A stretch of 64,000 nucleotides of DNA, taken from IMG/VR virus record IMGVR_UViG_3300032070_000004, one strand, 5' to 3'. The notes beneath the pieces were generated by a model. It worked only from the letters and a program-made list of their open reading frames with translations, was not told the DNA's origin and made no database searches. This DNA is from an uncultured virus (IMG/VR IMGVR_UViG_3300032070_000004) (lineage: Duplodnaviria > Heunggongvirae > Uroviricota > Caudoviricetes). The position numbers and the translations under genes are program-made. Positions 32,133-42,879 of the stretch are shown here, piece after piece (positions within the stretch are counted from its first letter, which is position 1; the number at the start of each line of letters is the position of its first letter).

Positions 32133-32630
32133 TTTGAACTCTTTCTGACCTTCCCACCGTTCCCATCTACGGACATCCCAATCGCCCACTGGCATGATCC
32201 ACCACTCGTAATTTCGTTGGATGATGTAGAATAGGATGTTTTCATTAATCAGAAGGGTATTTAGGCGGTCAAGCGTGGTTTTGGTTCTCCACCCAGCATC
32301 GTATAGCATCAGTGTGTTGCTGGCAGGAAAAAACGAGGCGATTAAATTACCAAAGAGGCGATATTCTACAAAGAGCTGGTATCCACGTCTCCCAACATCG
32401 ATGTTTTCTACCCGCAATGCGAGTTCGTCGTTTCTCCCCCTCCGAACGTGTGTAGGATGCCCGCGCACCAAACGTCCATGAGCAAGTTCCCGCATATCTT
32501 CCACGGTGAAGGCAACCTTGTGACCGGACTTCTTTCCCCGCGGGGTCCGGGTTAGATCCGCACGCGTGAGTTCATCTGCCGATGGGTCGTCCTCTTCTCC
32601 TCGGAAGTCGATTATGAACGTACGCGCCAT
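32124..32630 (-). CDS. Phage-type hypothetical protein carrying the shared N-terminal leader
   Basis: Starts MARTFIIDFRGEEDD; C-terminal GW.TKTT..RLN.L domain. Confidence 0.7.
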   Translation of the reverse strand: MARTFIIDFRGEEDDPSADELTRADLTRTPRGKKSGHKVAFTVEDMRELAHGRLVRGHPTHVRRGRNDELALRVENIDVGRRGYQLFVEYRLFGNLIASFFPASNTLMLYDAGWRTKTTLDRLNTLLINENILFYIIQRNYEWWIMPVGDWDVRRWERWEGQKEFKLA

Positions 32631-32731
32631 CGGAAAGTGTTAATCGGTAAAGTATTTATAGGTTATTGCCCCGACATTAAATCGAAACCTTTTTTAACTT
32701 ACAAAACCCACGCATATGCAGTGAGGCAAAA

Positions 32732-33106
32732 ATGGACGAAAACATCCTGATAGATAATTTAGTCCTGACCACCGACGCATACAAGCAGACTCACTGGTTG
32801 CAGTATCCGCCGGGCACCGAGCATGTTTACTCTTACTTCGAGAGCCGCGGGGGTGTCTTCCCAGAGACCATGTTCTTCGGGCTTCAGTACTTCCTTGAGA
32901 AGTACCTCACCGGGGAGGTTATAACTCAGGAGAAGATCGAGCAGGCAGATGCAATTGCGCGCGAGATGTTCGGGCAGGACTACTTCAACCACGCAGGATG
33001 GCAGCGTGTTGTTGATGGCAAGTTCAAATATGATCTCGAACCCGGAAAGAAGGTGCATGTAAAGCTGCATGGTATCTCAAAGTTCGTTGAGTTTGGTGAT
33101 GAATGA
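32732..33106 (+). pseudogene. N-terminal fragment of nicotinamide phosphoribosyltransferase (NadV/NAMPT)
   Basis: TDAYKQTHWLQYPPGTEHVYSYFESRGG...FFGLQY; similarity ends at about aa 95. Confidence 0.8.
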
Positions 33107-33250
33107 TATGAATGTTATGATAATCAAATGCCCTCACTGCGAAAAACCGTTCTTGGGCATGGCAGAGGATGGCGAAACAGAATGTCCGTCGTGCAAGAAA
33201 CCGATTAAAATAACTATAATCCCGTCACAAGTTCGCATCGAGAAGGTGGA

Positions 33251-33832
33251 GTGATGGATGTAGATTACTACAATGAGAATCGTGGGATTGCATCCCCACT
33301 TATTGAGCATAATGGAATTATTATAGGTGTGTGGATGTGTGGTAACAATTATAGGAATGCATCGAAGCTCTATGGAGCATACCCGCCCTGTTACCTCAAG
33401 CGGATGCGATTGCTTTTTCACAAGGAGATGTGCAAGGGAGGGGACATTCTGCATCTTTTTTCTGGGGATGTTCGAGTCTACGATAAGAACCACGAGGCGA
33501 CTCTTGATATACGACCCGAATCAAGTCCAGATATTGTTGCGAACGCGGAAGAAGTTGGCACGGTAATTGTAGGGAACTCAATTGATCTGATCCTTGCTGA
33601 TCCCCCCTATTCAAATGCTCATATTAAGTATAACACCCCAAAAGCTAATAAAAGAAGAGTTATCAAAGGATGTGTAAAAATTCTAAAAGTGGGTGGTTAT
33701 TTAGTATGGCTTGACGATATGATGCCCATGTGGGCAAAATCAGATGGGTGGAGATTACGAGGTACTATTGGGTTGATACAGAGTACTAATCACCGGTGCC
33801 GACTCATAACCATCCTTGAGAAGATATGGTAA
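33251..33832 (+). CDS. SAM-dependent amino-methyltransferase-like protein
   Basis: YGAYP, LHLFSG, ILADPPY and LKVGG motifs. Confidence 0.75.
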   Translation: MMDVDYYNENRGIASPLIEHNGIIIGVWMCGNNYRNASKLYGAYPPCYLKRMRLLFHKEMCKGGDILHLFSGDVRVYDKNHEATLDIRPESSPDIVANAEEVGTVIVGNSIDLILADPPYSNAHIKYNTPKANKRRVIKGCVKILKVGGYLVWLDDMMPMWAKSDGWRLRGTIGLIQSTNHRCRLITILEKIW

Positions 33833-33833
33833 T

Positions 33834-34066
33834 ATGAAAAAGCGTAGCAACGTAAAAACATGTCGATATTGCAATCGCAGTCTTTCTCGTGAACTGTTTA
33901 AGACGCCAAAAAGCCATTATTGTAACGAATGTCGTGAGATTGTCTTGCAAAAACGCAATGAATACCGGATGCAGTGGGCGCGAGATCACCCTGACAAAAC
34001 AAAGGAATATCAGAGGAGATGTAACTCGAAGCCAGAACGCAAGGTACGTGCAGCGTTGTGGCTGCG
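33834..34066 (+). pseudogene. N-terminal remnant of a Zn-finger (HNH/EndoVII-type) homing endonuclease
   Basis: KTCRYC...YCNEC followed by a basic helix; no nuclease motif follows. Confidence 0.5.
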
Positions 34067-34303
34067 TATGATGACAACCACATCAAGTACGGCACGGAGA
34101 AGGTCAACAAGAAGAAGGTTATTAAGGGGTGTGCGCGCGTTCTCAAGGTCGGGGGATATCTCGTGTGGCTTGATACAATCATGCCAATATGGGCGAAAGC
34201 AGATGGGTGGAAGCTGCGCGGTACGATCGGGCTTCTTCAATCTACAAACCACAAGGTGCGAGTTATCACGATACTTCAGAAGATTGGGAGTGGATCTCGG
34301 TAG
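34067..34303 (+). pseudogene. Second, diverged copy of the methyltransferase C-terminal half
   Basis: HIKYGTEKVNKKKVIKGCARVLKVGGYLVWLD...GTIGLLQSTNH aligns with 33608-33832. Confidence 0.85.
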
Positions 34304-34345
34304 ATACCTTTTTATATCCGCGCGCGCACTTTAACTTATGAAGAA
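34300..34345 (+). repeat. 46-bp exact repeat (promoter plus start codon), copy 1
   Basis: Identical to 53583-53628. Confidence 0.9.
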
Positions 34346-35081
34346 GCGGCAATTCATCCTCGATATAAAGGGCGAGGAAGAGGAGGGTGAGGACTTCGAA
34401 GAGAAAGTTCCATTTCGTATCCCTCCTCCGAGAAGTTCTCCGTGGGAGGAAATTGCCAAGTTCGAGCTCGAAGAACTACTTGGGTGCGCGACCGAGTACA
34501 AGAAATACGAATACTATGAACGCCTCGGCGGGTTTCACATCAAATCGTTACACGGAGCAGAATGTGAAAATGGGGAGAGCGAGTGGATTGTATTCAGGAA
34601 CGATGACGAAGCTCGCGACGCTGCCATTGCTTACGTCAAGAGTGATCTTGAAGACGACCCGGGGAATTTCAACGAGGGGTTCATCGTAGATCATCTTAAT
34701 GCAGACAATTTTGAGGCAGAGGTACGGGAGGACGCCGAGGAGGGGCGACTCGATTATGGTGCCGAGGATTTCCAGCAGTTGGGATATATCAATCCGGAGC
34801 TCGACATAAACAGTATAACAGATGAAATGGTTGAAGATGCGCGGAAGCGTGCGGTTGACGATGACATTAACGAGGCTCTGCGAATGGGCATAATGCCATG
34901 GTTTCGCGAGCGGTACGGTCGGGAACGAGCCGCTGCGGAAGCCATAGAGCATCTGGGGATATATATCGATCAGGCAGCCGAAGATGCAGTAGATACCGAT
35001 GGTGTTGCATACTTCCTCGATCGGTATGATGGCGAAGCTGTGGAACTCCCAAGTGGTGCGGTTGCATTCGGTGTGAACTGA
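34338..35081 (+). CDS. Acidic phage-type protein carrying the shared N-terminal leader
   Basis: Starts MKKRQFILDIKGEEEE; C-terminal DG.AYFLDRYDGE. Confidence 0.75.
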   Translation: MKKRQFILDIKGEEEEGEDFEEKVPFRIPPPRSSPWEEIAKFELEELLGCATEYKKYEYYERLGGFHIKSLHGAECENGESEWIVFRNDDEARDAAIAYVKSDLEDDPGNFNEGFIVDHLNADNFEAEVREDAEEGRLDYGAEDFQQLGYINPELDINSITDEMVEDARKRAVDDDINEALRMGIMPWFRERYGRERAAAEAIEHLGIYIDQAAEDAVDTDGVAYFLDRYDGEAVELPSGAVAFGVN

Positions 35082-35603
35082 TAAGTCAATAAATCGAAAC
35101 CTTTTTTATATTGCACGTCCCATGCATTATGTGAGGTGAGCGAAAATGGTTGTTGAAATCAATCACCACTGGGTCACGTTCAAGCACCCGGGAAGCGAGA
35201 AGGAATTCCGTGCTCGCACGGCAAGTCGAAACGGCAAGCTCGTTTTCGAAGTTCAGGCAAAGCGTGAAGTCCGGAAGTCCGGGTACATGCCGACCTACAG
35301 GTGGCAGAGCATTCTCGTCAAGTCAGCAAGCTAAGGTAACTATGCCAATGAAATCTCAAGAACCAGCGGGCGGACCGCGGTTGGAATTACCTCCGGTGAG
35401 AAACCAGATGGACATGATGTACATCGATGGCACTCCCCGAGGATATGCACTGCGGATCTTGCGCGCGTACCGAAATCAGTGCGATGAAAAGTGGATAGTA
35501 AGCGGAATAGACGAAAAGCGCGCGCTCGTTTACGATCTCATGAACAAGCATCAAGACGAGCGTGCGAAGGAACTTGACAAAGCAATCGACTTTCTCTTAA
35601 CAT

Positions 35604-36329
35604 GTGGGATGGACTAAGGTAGACATGCCAAACACACAGGACGTAGCGTGCAAAGTTATCCCGCTGTACAAGTTCACAATCCGTTGTGACGAGAAGGATA
35701 ACTATTACGAGAGGGTTATCGTTGCTGACACCATCGAAGGTGTCATCGAGGGAATCGTGGATATGGAAATCGACCACTGCGAGAAACTCGATGAAGATCG
35801 GTTGTACTTCGAAATCACAGACTTCCTGTACATGCCCTGCGCCGGTGCAAAGCGTGGGTTCCACCTCTTTGACATCGATTCGGTTGATTGCGCGGAGTGG
35901 TACGGCGCATCGACCGATGGTGAGATATACTACCACTGTTATTTCACGGAGGACATCCGATCGGCACCCCCGGGTGAGTATCAGGAGTTCGAGGGACTGA
36001 CGTTCGGTGAACCGCATCCGGTTTCAGATGTGGAACTACAGCCACACAAGGCAATCCCATACGATCCCGACCGGTTCGACGATGAGAACGCGATCACGGA
36101 CGCGATATATCGTATCTCTCGGAACCACCCGTATCGCGAAGCGCGGATGAGAAAACAGGCGAGAAAAAACAATGAGCGCGGCGCAAAAGCGATGGCGAAG
36201 GTCGAAAAGTGGATGGATGAAGAGCGCGTCATCCCCATGCCACCCGTGGGCGAGATAAGGAAACTCGCAACCGACTTTGACAGTCTGATGCGGCGTGCTA
36301 TGGGGATCCGAACAAACGGGTGCAGATAA
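35604..36329 (+). CDS. Hypothetical protein
   Basis: 241-aa ORF in a co-directional cluster. Confidence 0.6.
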   Translation: MGWTKVDMPNTQDVACKVIPLYKFTIRCDEKDNYYERVIVADTIEGVIEGIVDMEIDHCEKLDEDRLYFEITDFLYMPCAGAKRGFHLFDIDSVDCAEWYGASTDGEIYYHCYFTEDIRSAPPGEYQEFEGLTFGEPHPVSDVELQPHKAIPYDPDRFDDENAITDAIYRISRNHPYREARMRKQARKNNERGAKAMAKVEKWMDEERVIPMPPVGEIRKLATDFDSLMRRAMGIRTNGCR

Positions 36330-36353
36330 TGTTGATTAATCGAAGGTGAAACA

Positions 36354-36692
36354 ATGAAAGAAAACGATAAAGAGGCAGGCATTCAACAAATTAATAAAGA
36401 ACAGGCTCTTGCCATCTATGCCAGCAAGGTATGGGAGAAATGGTCCGATGAAGAAATCGTGAAGTTCCAACTCTTTCAAGATTGTCTTGCGATTCCATTT
36501 GATCGGTTTCACGCAGCTATTGAAAAAGTATTGAAACGTCCCGTTTACACCCATGAATTTGCCTTTGTTGAAGGTCTCAGAAAGGAATTTCTTGGTGAGA
36601 AAAATTCACCAACTTTTACGGAGATTATGAATCTCATTCCAAAGGAAAAACGGATTATCCTTCTGGTGAAAAACGATGTGCAGAGATTGTAA
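36354..36692 (+). CDS. Phage-type hypothetical protein
   Basis: FQLFQ..L..PF..FH.AIEKVLKRPVYTHEF. Confidence 0.6.
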   Translation: MKENDKEAGIQQINKEQALAIYASKVWEKWSDEEIVKFQLFQDCLAIPFDRFHAAIEKVLKRPVYTHEFAFVEGLRKEFLGEKNSPTFTEIMNLIPKEKRIILLVKNDVQRL

Positions 36693-36891
36693 TATTTGCG
36701 GGCAAGACCGAAAAATGAGTAAACAAGAAGCAGTTGATCGCGGGTTCGGGCACCACGGTTTATCACATTGTAAAATGTACTGTGTGCGGATGTAGTTGTA
36801 TCAGCGACGTTGGTGGATTCCCGCTTCCGCAGCGGTCGGATTAAGGATATAAATCGAAACTCTTTTATTCTTATAAGTCTCACGCATAGAC

Positions 36892-37299
36892 ATGGCAGAG
36901 TTTCATAATGAACTGTCTGTTGCATTAGAATCGGGACCGGCAGAATATACCGTCTGCGTGAGATGGTGGGACGGATATTACGAAGAGTTTGTTGCATCTG
37001 AGGTGCGGTTTGGGTCAGACCTCCTGTGGATGCATTTAACTTCGGGTCAGAATCGGCACATTCCGCTGAGAATGGTAAGGTGGTTCTCGATGAACCCAGA
37101 GTCTCATCAGAAACCCGATTTCCCACGTGGTCCTGCCCCGCAGCGCAAGTCTCTATCGGAGGTTTCGGGGTCTCATGTTATACAGAGATGCAAAACGTGC
37201 GGGCGATCCGCTTCGGTATGGGGTTTCCCCAACCTTAAGTGCTGTGGGAATCCCATGACATTGTACGAAGTTACCACCACGGAGAGGGAGATTGGATGA
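36892..37299 (+). CDS. Hypothetical protein with C-terminal Zn-binding motif
   Basis: CKTCG...CCG.PM; class A promoter at 36850. Confidence 0.55.
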   Translation: MAEFHNELSVALESGPAEYTVCVRWWDGYYEEFVASEVRFGSDLLWMHLTSGQNRHIPLRMVRWFSMNPESHQKPDFPRGPAPQRKSLSEVSGSHVIQRCKTCGRSASVWGFPNLKCCGNPMTLYEVTTTEREIG

Positions 37300-37675
37300 A
37301 GCTTAAGGATTTGATAATTCGTCTTTTAGCGATGGACCAAGAATTAGAAGTCTTCTCATACGATGATGAAGGAGATGACACAGCGGCGATCAAAGGTGGT
37401 TCGGTGGAGATCGTGATGGACGGGAGGGGGAAGAGGCATTTAATCATACGATAACAACGAAGGGGAGAAAGTGCCATATCGCCGGGGGGTATCCTATAAT
37501 CGGAGACTCGCTCGAAGGAGAGAAGATCGAGCCAAAGAAGAAAACCGTAATATTCGAAGAAAAGTACGGGGTCAATATCAAAGACTTTCATACTACCGAA
37601 GAGATCGATGATCTTGTTGAGAGTCGAGAAGGAAGGAAATTGAAGGTTATTAAAACGGATACAAATGTATTGTAA

Positions 37676-38035
37676 GTGGGGTTTGTTGTGAGAGAAATCT
37701 TCGTATTTGGATCGAATCTTGCAGGCAGGCACGGCGCGGGCGCGGCTTTACATGCGAAGAAGCGCTACGGGGCAATATGGGGGCAGGGCGTGGGGATGCA
37801 GGGGAATAGTTATGCTATCCCTACAAAGGATGAAAAATTAAGGACGCTGCCACTTGAAGAGATTCAAAAACACGTTGAGAATTTCAAGGTATTTGCGAGG
37901 TGTCACTTGGAGTTGCGGTTCAATGTTACCCGGGTTGGATGCGGGCTGGCTGGATACACCGACGATGATATCGCTCCTATGTTCTCTGGTTCCTCAGCGA
38001 ACTGCGTTCTCCCGGACGGTTGGCGTGATTACTGA
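37676..38035 (+). CDS. A1S_2505-like phage non-structural protein
   Basis: IFVFGSNLAGRHGAGAA, SYAIPT and VTRVGCGLAG motifs. Confidence 0.8.
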   Translation: MGFVVREIFVFGSNLAGRHGAGAALHAKKRYGAIWGQGVGMQGNSYAIPTKDEKLRTLPLEEIQKHVENFKVFARCHLELRFNVTRVGCGLAGYTDDDIAPMFSGSSANCVLPDGWRDY

Positions 38036-38074
38036 TTGGAGATTCGAATTAGTATAGTAAATCGAAGGTGAGTT

Positions 38075-38482
38075 ATGGATCTCGAAGAATTTAACAGACG
38101 ATATAAACGGGTTTGCCGAACGGCACGCGTGATTCGTGCAAGGAATGTTGATCTCGATGATTTGGATATATGGATGGGATGGGATGAGGAGGCAAAGAAG
38201 GAGCTTGGTGAGAATATTAAAGGTCTTATCTTTGCAGCTCCAAATCTCACGATAGATGACTACGTTGACATTATAGAAAACAAAGAGAGTGAGATATGTC
38301 CCGATTGCAAGGGGAAAGGAAAAAGAATGCTAAAACATTATTGTGACAACCCATGGTGTGATGGGCACGATCTCTATGAAGAAACCTGCCACACTTGCGA
38401 AGGTACGGGCAGAATTACCGAAGAAATGAAAAAAACCCACGCGATGTCTGCTCGGGAAGCAAGAGATAGGATGCTATGGTGA
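38075..38482 (+). CDS. Protein with DnaJ-type Zn finger
   Basis: CPDCKGKG and CHTCEGTG. Confidence 0.7.
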   Translation: MDLEEFNRRYKRVCRTARVIRARNVDLDDLDIWMGWDEEAKKELGENIKGLIFAAPNLTIDDYVDIIENKESEICPDCKGKGKRMLKHYCDNPWCDGHDLYEETCHTCEGTGRITEEMKKTHAMSAREARDRMLW

Positions 38483-38486
38483 AGCT

Positions 38487-38816
38487 ATGAAAGTCGAGAA
38501 AATGACAAAAATGAAAATCCCCGCTACCCATAACAAATCCGGGTACGTCATACGGTATTTCTGCCCGCGCTGTGGTGGGGACATGGAGAAGTGTGGGTAT
38601 GCTCCTGCGATGGGCGAAGAATTCAAGGGCGATTACCAGTGCATGACCTGTGGCTATGAAGAGAACATCGGACACTTCAAGAAACAGCGGATCAAGCACA
38701 TTCAAGAGAAACGGAAGGAGATCGAGATTCCTCCGGAAGTGATACAGGATGCAGAACAGATCGCCAGAGAATCCCATCGCATGCATCCAAGAGACTTCAT
38801 GCCATTTGATATTTAG
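38487..38816 (+). CDS. Zn-ribbon protein
   Basis: CPRCGG...CMTCG. Confidence 0.6.
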   Translation: MKVEKMTKMKIPATHNKSGYVIRYFCPRCGGDMEKCGYAPAMGEEFKGDYQCMTCGYEENIGHFKKQRIKHIQEKRKEIEIPPEVIQDAEQIARESHRMHPRDFMPFDI

Positions 38817-39289
38817 GGAGAGCAAAGTATGTGTAGAGATTGTAACATTTGTGGACCACATCCAAAAATGAGCAAGCAAGAAGCCGTCAACAGGGCGCTT
38901 GTAGTACATCTTGGAAAGGACATCGGGGATGCCCATCATCTCGTAAAATGCACCGTGTGCGGATGCAGTTGGATCAGCGATGTTGGTGGGTTCCCACAAG
39001 GTGACTCGCATAGCGGGGGCGAAGGGTGATGTTACTTCAATGCATAGTTTGTTCGCATGTGGAATGTTTCTTCCACAAGGAAGCCAAACAAGATCGTTCT
39101 CATCGCACGTTTTGGGATAAAAATTGTCAGGATTTCACGATTCTCCCACTCGATCCGCGTAGAAACCCAAATCATCCAAACGAAGTAAACCCGGATCTTG
39201 CAAAACACGTTGGTAGCATGGCAGATGACCTTCATTCGATGTTTCAGAAATTCGGTTTAGAGATATAATTCGAAGTAACCTTTTTATAC

Positions 39290-39856
39290 TTGTGGATGCA
39301 ACAACTCCGCATGGACGCTACCGAATATCTCATGTGGCAAATGGCGGAGGCTCATGAGAAACTACTCGGTATTCAAACAAAACAATGGGAATCCAGCGAG
39401 GAGCGCGTGGATCAAATATATAATATTTTGATGCCATCGTGCCGTCATTACATGCGAATCGTTAAAGATAGCGGTCTTTTTCAGAGGGTTCTTACTGACA
39501 TCGGGACGGAGCGTGGAGACCACAAATATTCACGCGCGCGCGTGTATAATACCCCCAACAAGATGCACCGGGTATTGAAGAATATCAGTGATCTATTTGA
39601 AACGGTACGAACGGCAGAAGGTCCACATACCCGGGCTGTGTATATTGTTTCACTATTTGATGCCATTACCGATAGCATTCATGGTTCCAGTTATATCGAT
39701 ATTGAGATTGCAAAGACCGAGCCAATGAGCGAAAACTTAGAGAATGACGTAACTGTAATAACATACATGGCTCAAGCGATTGCAGACGATTCCCCAAAGT
39801 GGGCAAAAGACCGACTTTTACAGCACCTCCGTGGCGATCCCCGGGCGTTGAAGTAA
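39290..39856 (+). CDS. Hypothetical protein
   Basis: ORF downstream of a TATA-like box; true start probably ATG 39311. Confidence 0.6.
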   Translation: MWMQQLRMDATEYLMWQMAEAHEKLLGIQTKQWESSEERVDQIYNILMPSCRHYMRIVKDSGLFQRVLTDIGTERGDHKYSRARVYNTPNKMHRVLKNISDLFETVRTAEGPHTRAVYIVSLFDAITDSIHGSSYIDIEIAKTEPMSENLENDVTVITYMAQAIADDSPKWAKDRLLQHLRGDPRALK

Positions 39857-40343
39857 TTCGATTTAGAAACATTATACGAAGAAACATTTTTATACTTCGT
39901 GTGCGCAATACTATCTCATGGCACGAAAGAATCACGCGGCTGACCGGGCAAAACACCGGAAGATTATGAGCGATTGGAACATAGAACGAGGTATAACGTT
40001 TGCAGGTGCGGATTTGGCAACGGGGTACAAGAAGTGTGTTGTTTCTGACTTGGAGAAGCGGGAAGTCAAAGATCCGAGGTCTGCGCGTACAGCATTCCGG
40101 AAAGCAATATTGAAGTGTGACAAAGAACTGTGTGTAGTAGCTCGTATTATCGTACGTAACACTTAAAGAGCGGCTGGTTCCCATCATAGTTCCGAAAGAA
40201 GCGAGTCTCGCAATGGTAGTAATACTTAGTTTTATAGGTTCTTTGCGAGTTTAGCGGTATTATATGCGGACAAACGCGGGTGGATTAAACTTGGAGGGTA
40301 GTTCGATTTAACATAGTTATCCGAAGATATCTTTTATACTGTT

Positions 40344-41684
40344 TTAACGGGATATCAATATTTTTCCTTTTGTTGTTATTATTATTTTCTTTGCTAAATA
40401 GAGTAGTGGTACTGGCATTTCTGATGCCGCTTCTGTAACAAATTCAATAAATTCAATGTCAACGTTCCACCGTCTCGGCGCTGGTAAAAGAAGCATTATA
40501 TCTTCTGAAGGAATGGATTGATGATATGCATACAATAGAGAAAACAATGGATCGGTGGCAATTAAAATTCTCTCATGTATCAACGGAAACAGAATATCTT
40601 CGAAACTGATCGGAATATGTAATGAATACAACAGAGAGAGTGGTATATCTTCTACAATCAAAGCGGCTTGTGGCAAAGAATACGGAATCTCGTCTATAGT
40701 TAAGAAATTCTTCGAGGTGGTATCAATTGTATCTTCTGCTACAAACGTTGTTATTCCACCGCCACTGTCCGTTTCTTCAATCCCCCACGCTCCGTGGATT
40801 GGTTCTGGATAGACAAATTTTGTTATAAAGACCGTATCCCAATAAGATTTTCCAGTTGCGGGATGAGCACCGCCATTGGAGGCTGTGAGTATGAAAATGT
40901 TTGCATAATCTGAGGTAGTAATTGGCATTAAAATCCCATCTATGAAAAATTGCCTTAAATTAGGAGTGCATCTAACCATAAATTCATGCCAACCAACCGT
41001 TCTATCTATTCCACTATTGGTAGGAGTAGGAAGAAACGCATCGGGCATATACTCATACTGAGAAATGTCGCTCACTACACCTATAGCAGAATCGTGACCG
41101 CCACCATCAGAAACCACCAAACCATGACATTCAACTTCGACAGATTCAATATCATAATAATGGGTATGGATTGCTACATTGTATGAAGTAAGAAGTTTAC
41201 CAACTTGCCCACTTGACCCAGCTACAACTTCCAATTTTACACATTTACTCCCATAATAGGCATGATCTGTCGAAATCGAAGCATTATTTACGAATTGCCA
41301 TTTACTTAGGTCTATTTCAAAATCATCAAAGAATACGAAGGTGGCATCTCCGTTGGCGACTGAAGTTGCTCCAGCGTTATCATAATAGATATAGATTTTG
41401 CTGTCATATACACTTAAATCATCAGTTACTTTGACCCAAAAAATGGCATAGTCACTATCAACTTTCTTTTCCATCCAATAATCAAGTAATGCAACTCCAG
41501 TACTGCTGGTGAATCTTATGTCTCCAAAATCAGCAAGACATTTCCCATCAAGATAAACATCCTCGCCACTATCTGTCCCCGTCCCAAAATGTACAATTAT
41601 TCTTTTCTGATAGTTCTGTCCAGCGCCAGAGGCGGGGTTGACAAAATGATTTTTTCGGTATGTCCAACCTGTCAGCCATCCCAT
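40344..41684 (-). CDS. DUF2341-domain, lectin-like surface or virion protein
   Basis: WLTGWTYRK, DFGDIRFT, LLDYWME, FWVKV, IYIYY.N and FVFFDDF motifs. Confidence 0.82.
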   Translation of the reverse strand: MGWLTGWTYRKNHFVNPASGAGQNYQKRIIVHFGTGTDSGEDVYLDGKCLADFGDIRFTSSTGVALLDYWMEKKVDSDYAIFWVKVTDDLSVYDSKIYIYYDNAGATSVANGDATFVFFDDFEIDLSKWQFVNNASISTDHAYYGSKCVKLEVVAGSSGQVGKLLTSYNVAIHTHYYDIESVEVECHGLVVSDGGGHDSAIGVVSDISQYEYMPDAFLPTPTNSGIDRTVGWHEFMVRCTPNLRQFFIDGILMPITTSDYANIFILTASNGGAHPATGKSYWDTVFITKFVYPEPIHGAWGIEETDSGGGITTFVAEDTIDTTSKNFLTIDEIPYSLPQAALIVEDIPLSLLYSLHIPISFEDILFPLIHERILIATDPLFSLLYAYHQSIPSEDIMLLLPAPRRWNVDIEFIEFVTEAASEMPVPLLYLAKKIIITTKGKILISR

Positions 41685-41703
41685 TTGTTACCCTCTGGTA
41701 CAC

Positions 41704-42636
41704 TTATAATCGTCTTACCCAATAGGTAATTATTTCATCGACACCTTTTGAAGAAGGAGCCGCAGTTGCATTGAAATTAGAGAATTTGTTAGTTAGCATT
41801 ATGGTATGTGGTGGTGTCAATGTAGGATATAGACATCTATAATAATAATCCACGGAACTGAGAGTTAAAATACATTCGTCATTATATACTTCAACGCCTT
41901 GAGACTTGCTGCAAAGAACATATGGTATGCCAGTAATGGGATCTTCGAACGAACCGATAATTGCTGACGCATTAACTACATCTGCTACTGCCACACCGCC
42001 TCTGAAAAAATACAGTTTCGATAATCTCGCCTTATTATCGAATCCCCATACCCCAAGACCACCAGATTGTAAACCGTTCCAATAGTTAAGAGAGTCTGTA
42101 GCGTATATAAGTCTTTGATTGCATCGATACGCCGCGCCTTGGGGCAACATATCCAATCCAACCAATCGGTCAACTCCATCATAACCCTTAGTTACACAGA
42201 AGAAAATTGGAAACGTCGTAGCGCCTGTTATTGAGGATTCTGGTTTCACATTCCCTATGATTGAATTACTATCCATCCATCCTTCAAATATATAATCTCT
42301 GGCAACGTCGTTCTCACTTCTACCTGCCCAATAGATCGGATTGCCCCATCCCGTCCATCCCAACCCTATTCCAGTATGAGTTCCCGAATCATAAGATTCT
42401 CTTACTGCGGGTTCGTAGATGGTATAAAGATAACCCGTGGCATTTACTTCCGTATAGATACGAATGGCACCAAGCTGGGTTATTCGTGCATAGCAAACAT
42501 TAGTCGAATTTGCTGGTTTAATCCAGTTATACCCGGTTTCACATCTTGTCCAACCATTTGCTATTGCGTTTGTAGCAAGGGTGGCATCGAAAATAGAACC
42601 CGCGCATGTAAATGTAATCCATGCCATACCTAACAA
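41704..42636 (-). CDS. Hypothetical beta-rich protein (putative virion/adhesin)
   Basis: AT-rich minus-strand operon together with the DUF2341 gene. Confidence 0.6.
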   Translation of the reverse strand: MLGMAWITFTCAGSIFDATLATNAIANGWTRCETGYNWIKPANSTNVCYARITQLGAIRIYTEVNATGYLYTIYEPAVRESYDSGTHTGIGLGWTGWGNPIYWAGRSENDVARDYIFEGWMDSNSIIGNVKPESSITGATTFPIFFCVTKGYDGVDRLVGLDMLPQGAAYRCNQRLIYATDSLNYWNGLQSGGLGVWGFDNKARLSKLYFFRGGVAVADVVNASAIIGSFEDPITGIPYVLCSKSQGVEVYNDECILTLSSVDYYYRCLYPTLTPPHTIMLTNKFSNFNATAAPSSKGVDEIITYWVRRL

Positions 42637-42666
42637 TGGTGAGAAGAACTATTTAATAATTGTGAT

Positions 42667-42879
42667 TTATCGCGTACTTACTGATATTACTTCATTACTC
42701 GTATCATATGCCAAATTAAGTACCAACGATATAATTCCACTCGTTCCGCCCGTTTTATACGTCACGTGTGTCACATTAGAACTGGTATATTCAAATAAAA
42801 TATAATCATATTGCTCGGGCTCGAACGGAGAGGGTGATCCTGTAACTAATTTGCCATCACGATAAACTGCCATACTCAA
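42667..42879 (-). CDS. Small putative structural protein
   Basis: YDYI.F.Y....VT.VTYK.GG.SG......L.Y pattern. Confidence 0.55.
   Translation of the reverse strand: MSMAVYRDGKLVTGSPSPFEPEQYDYILFEYTSSNVTHVTYKTGGTSGIISLVLNLAYDTSNEVISVSTR

Noticed and set aside
33608..34303. Diversity-generating retroelement TR/VR pair
   Set aside because: Differences are mostly synonymous and not adenine-specific, and no reverse transcriptase is in the window.
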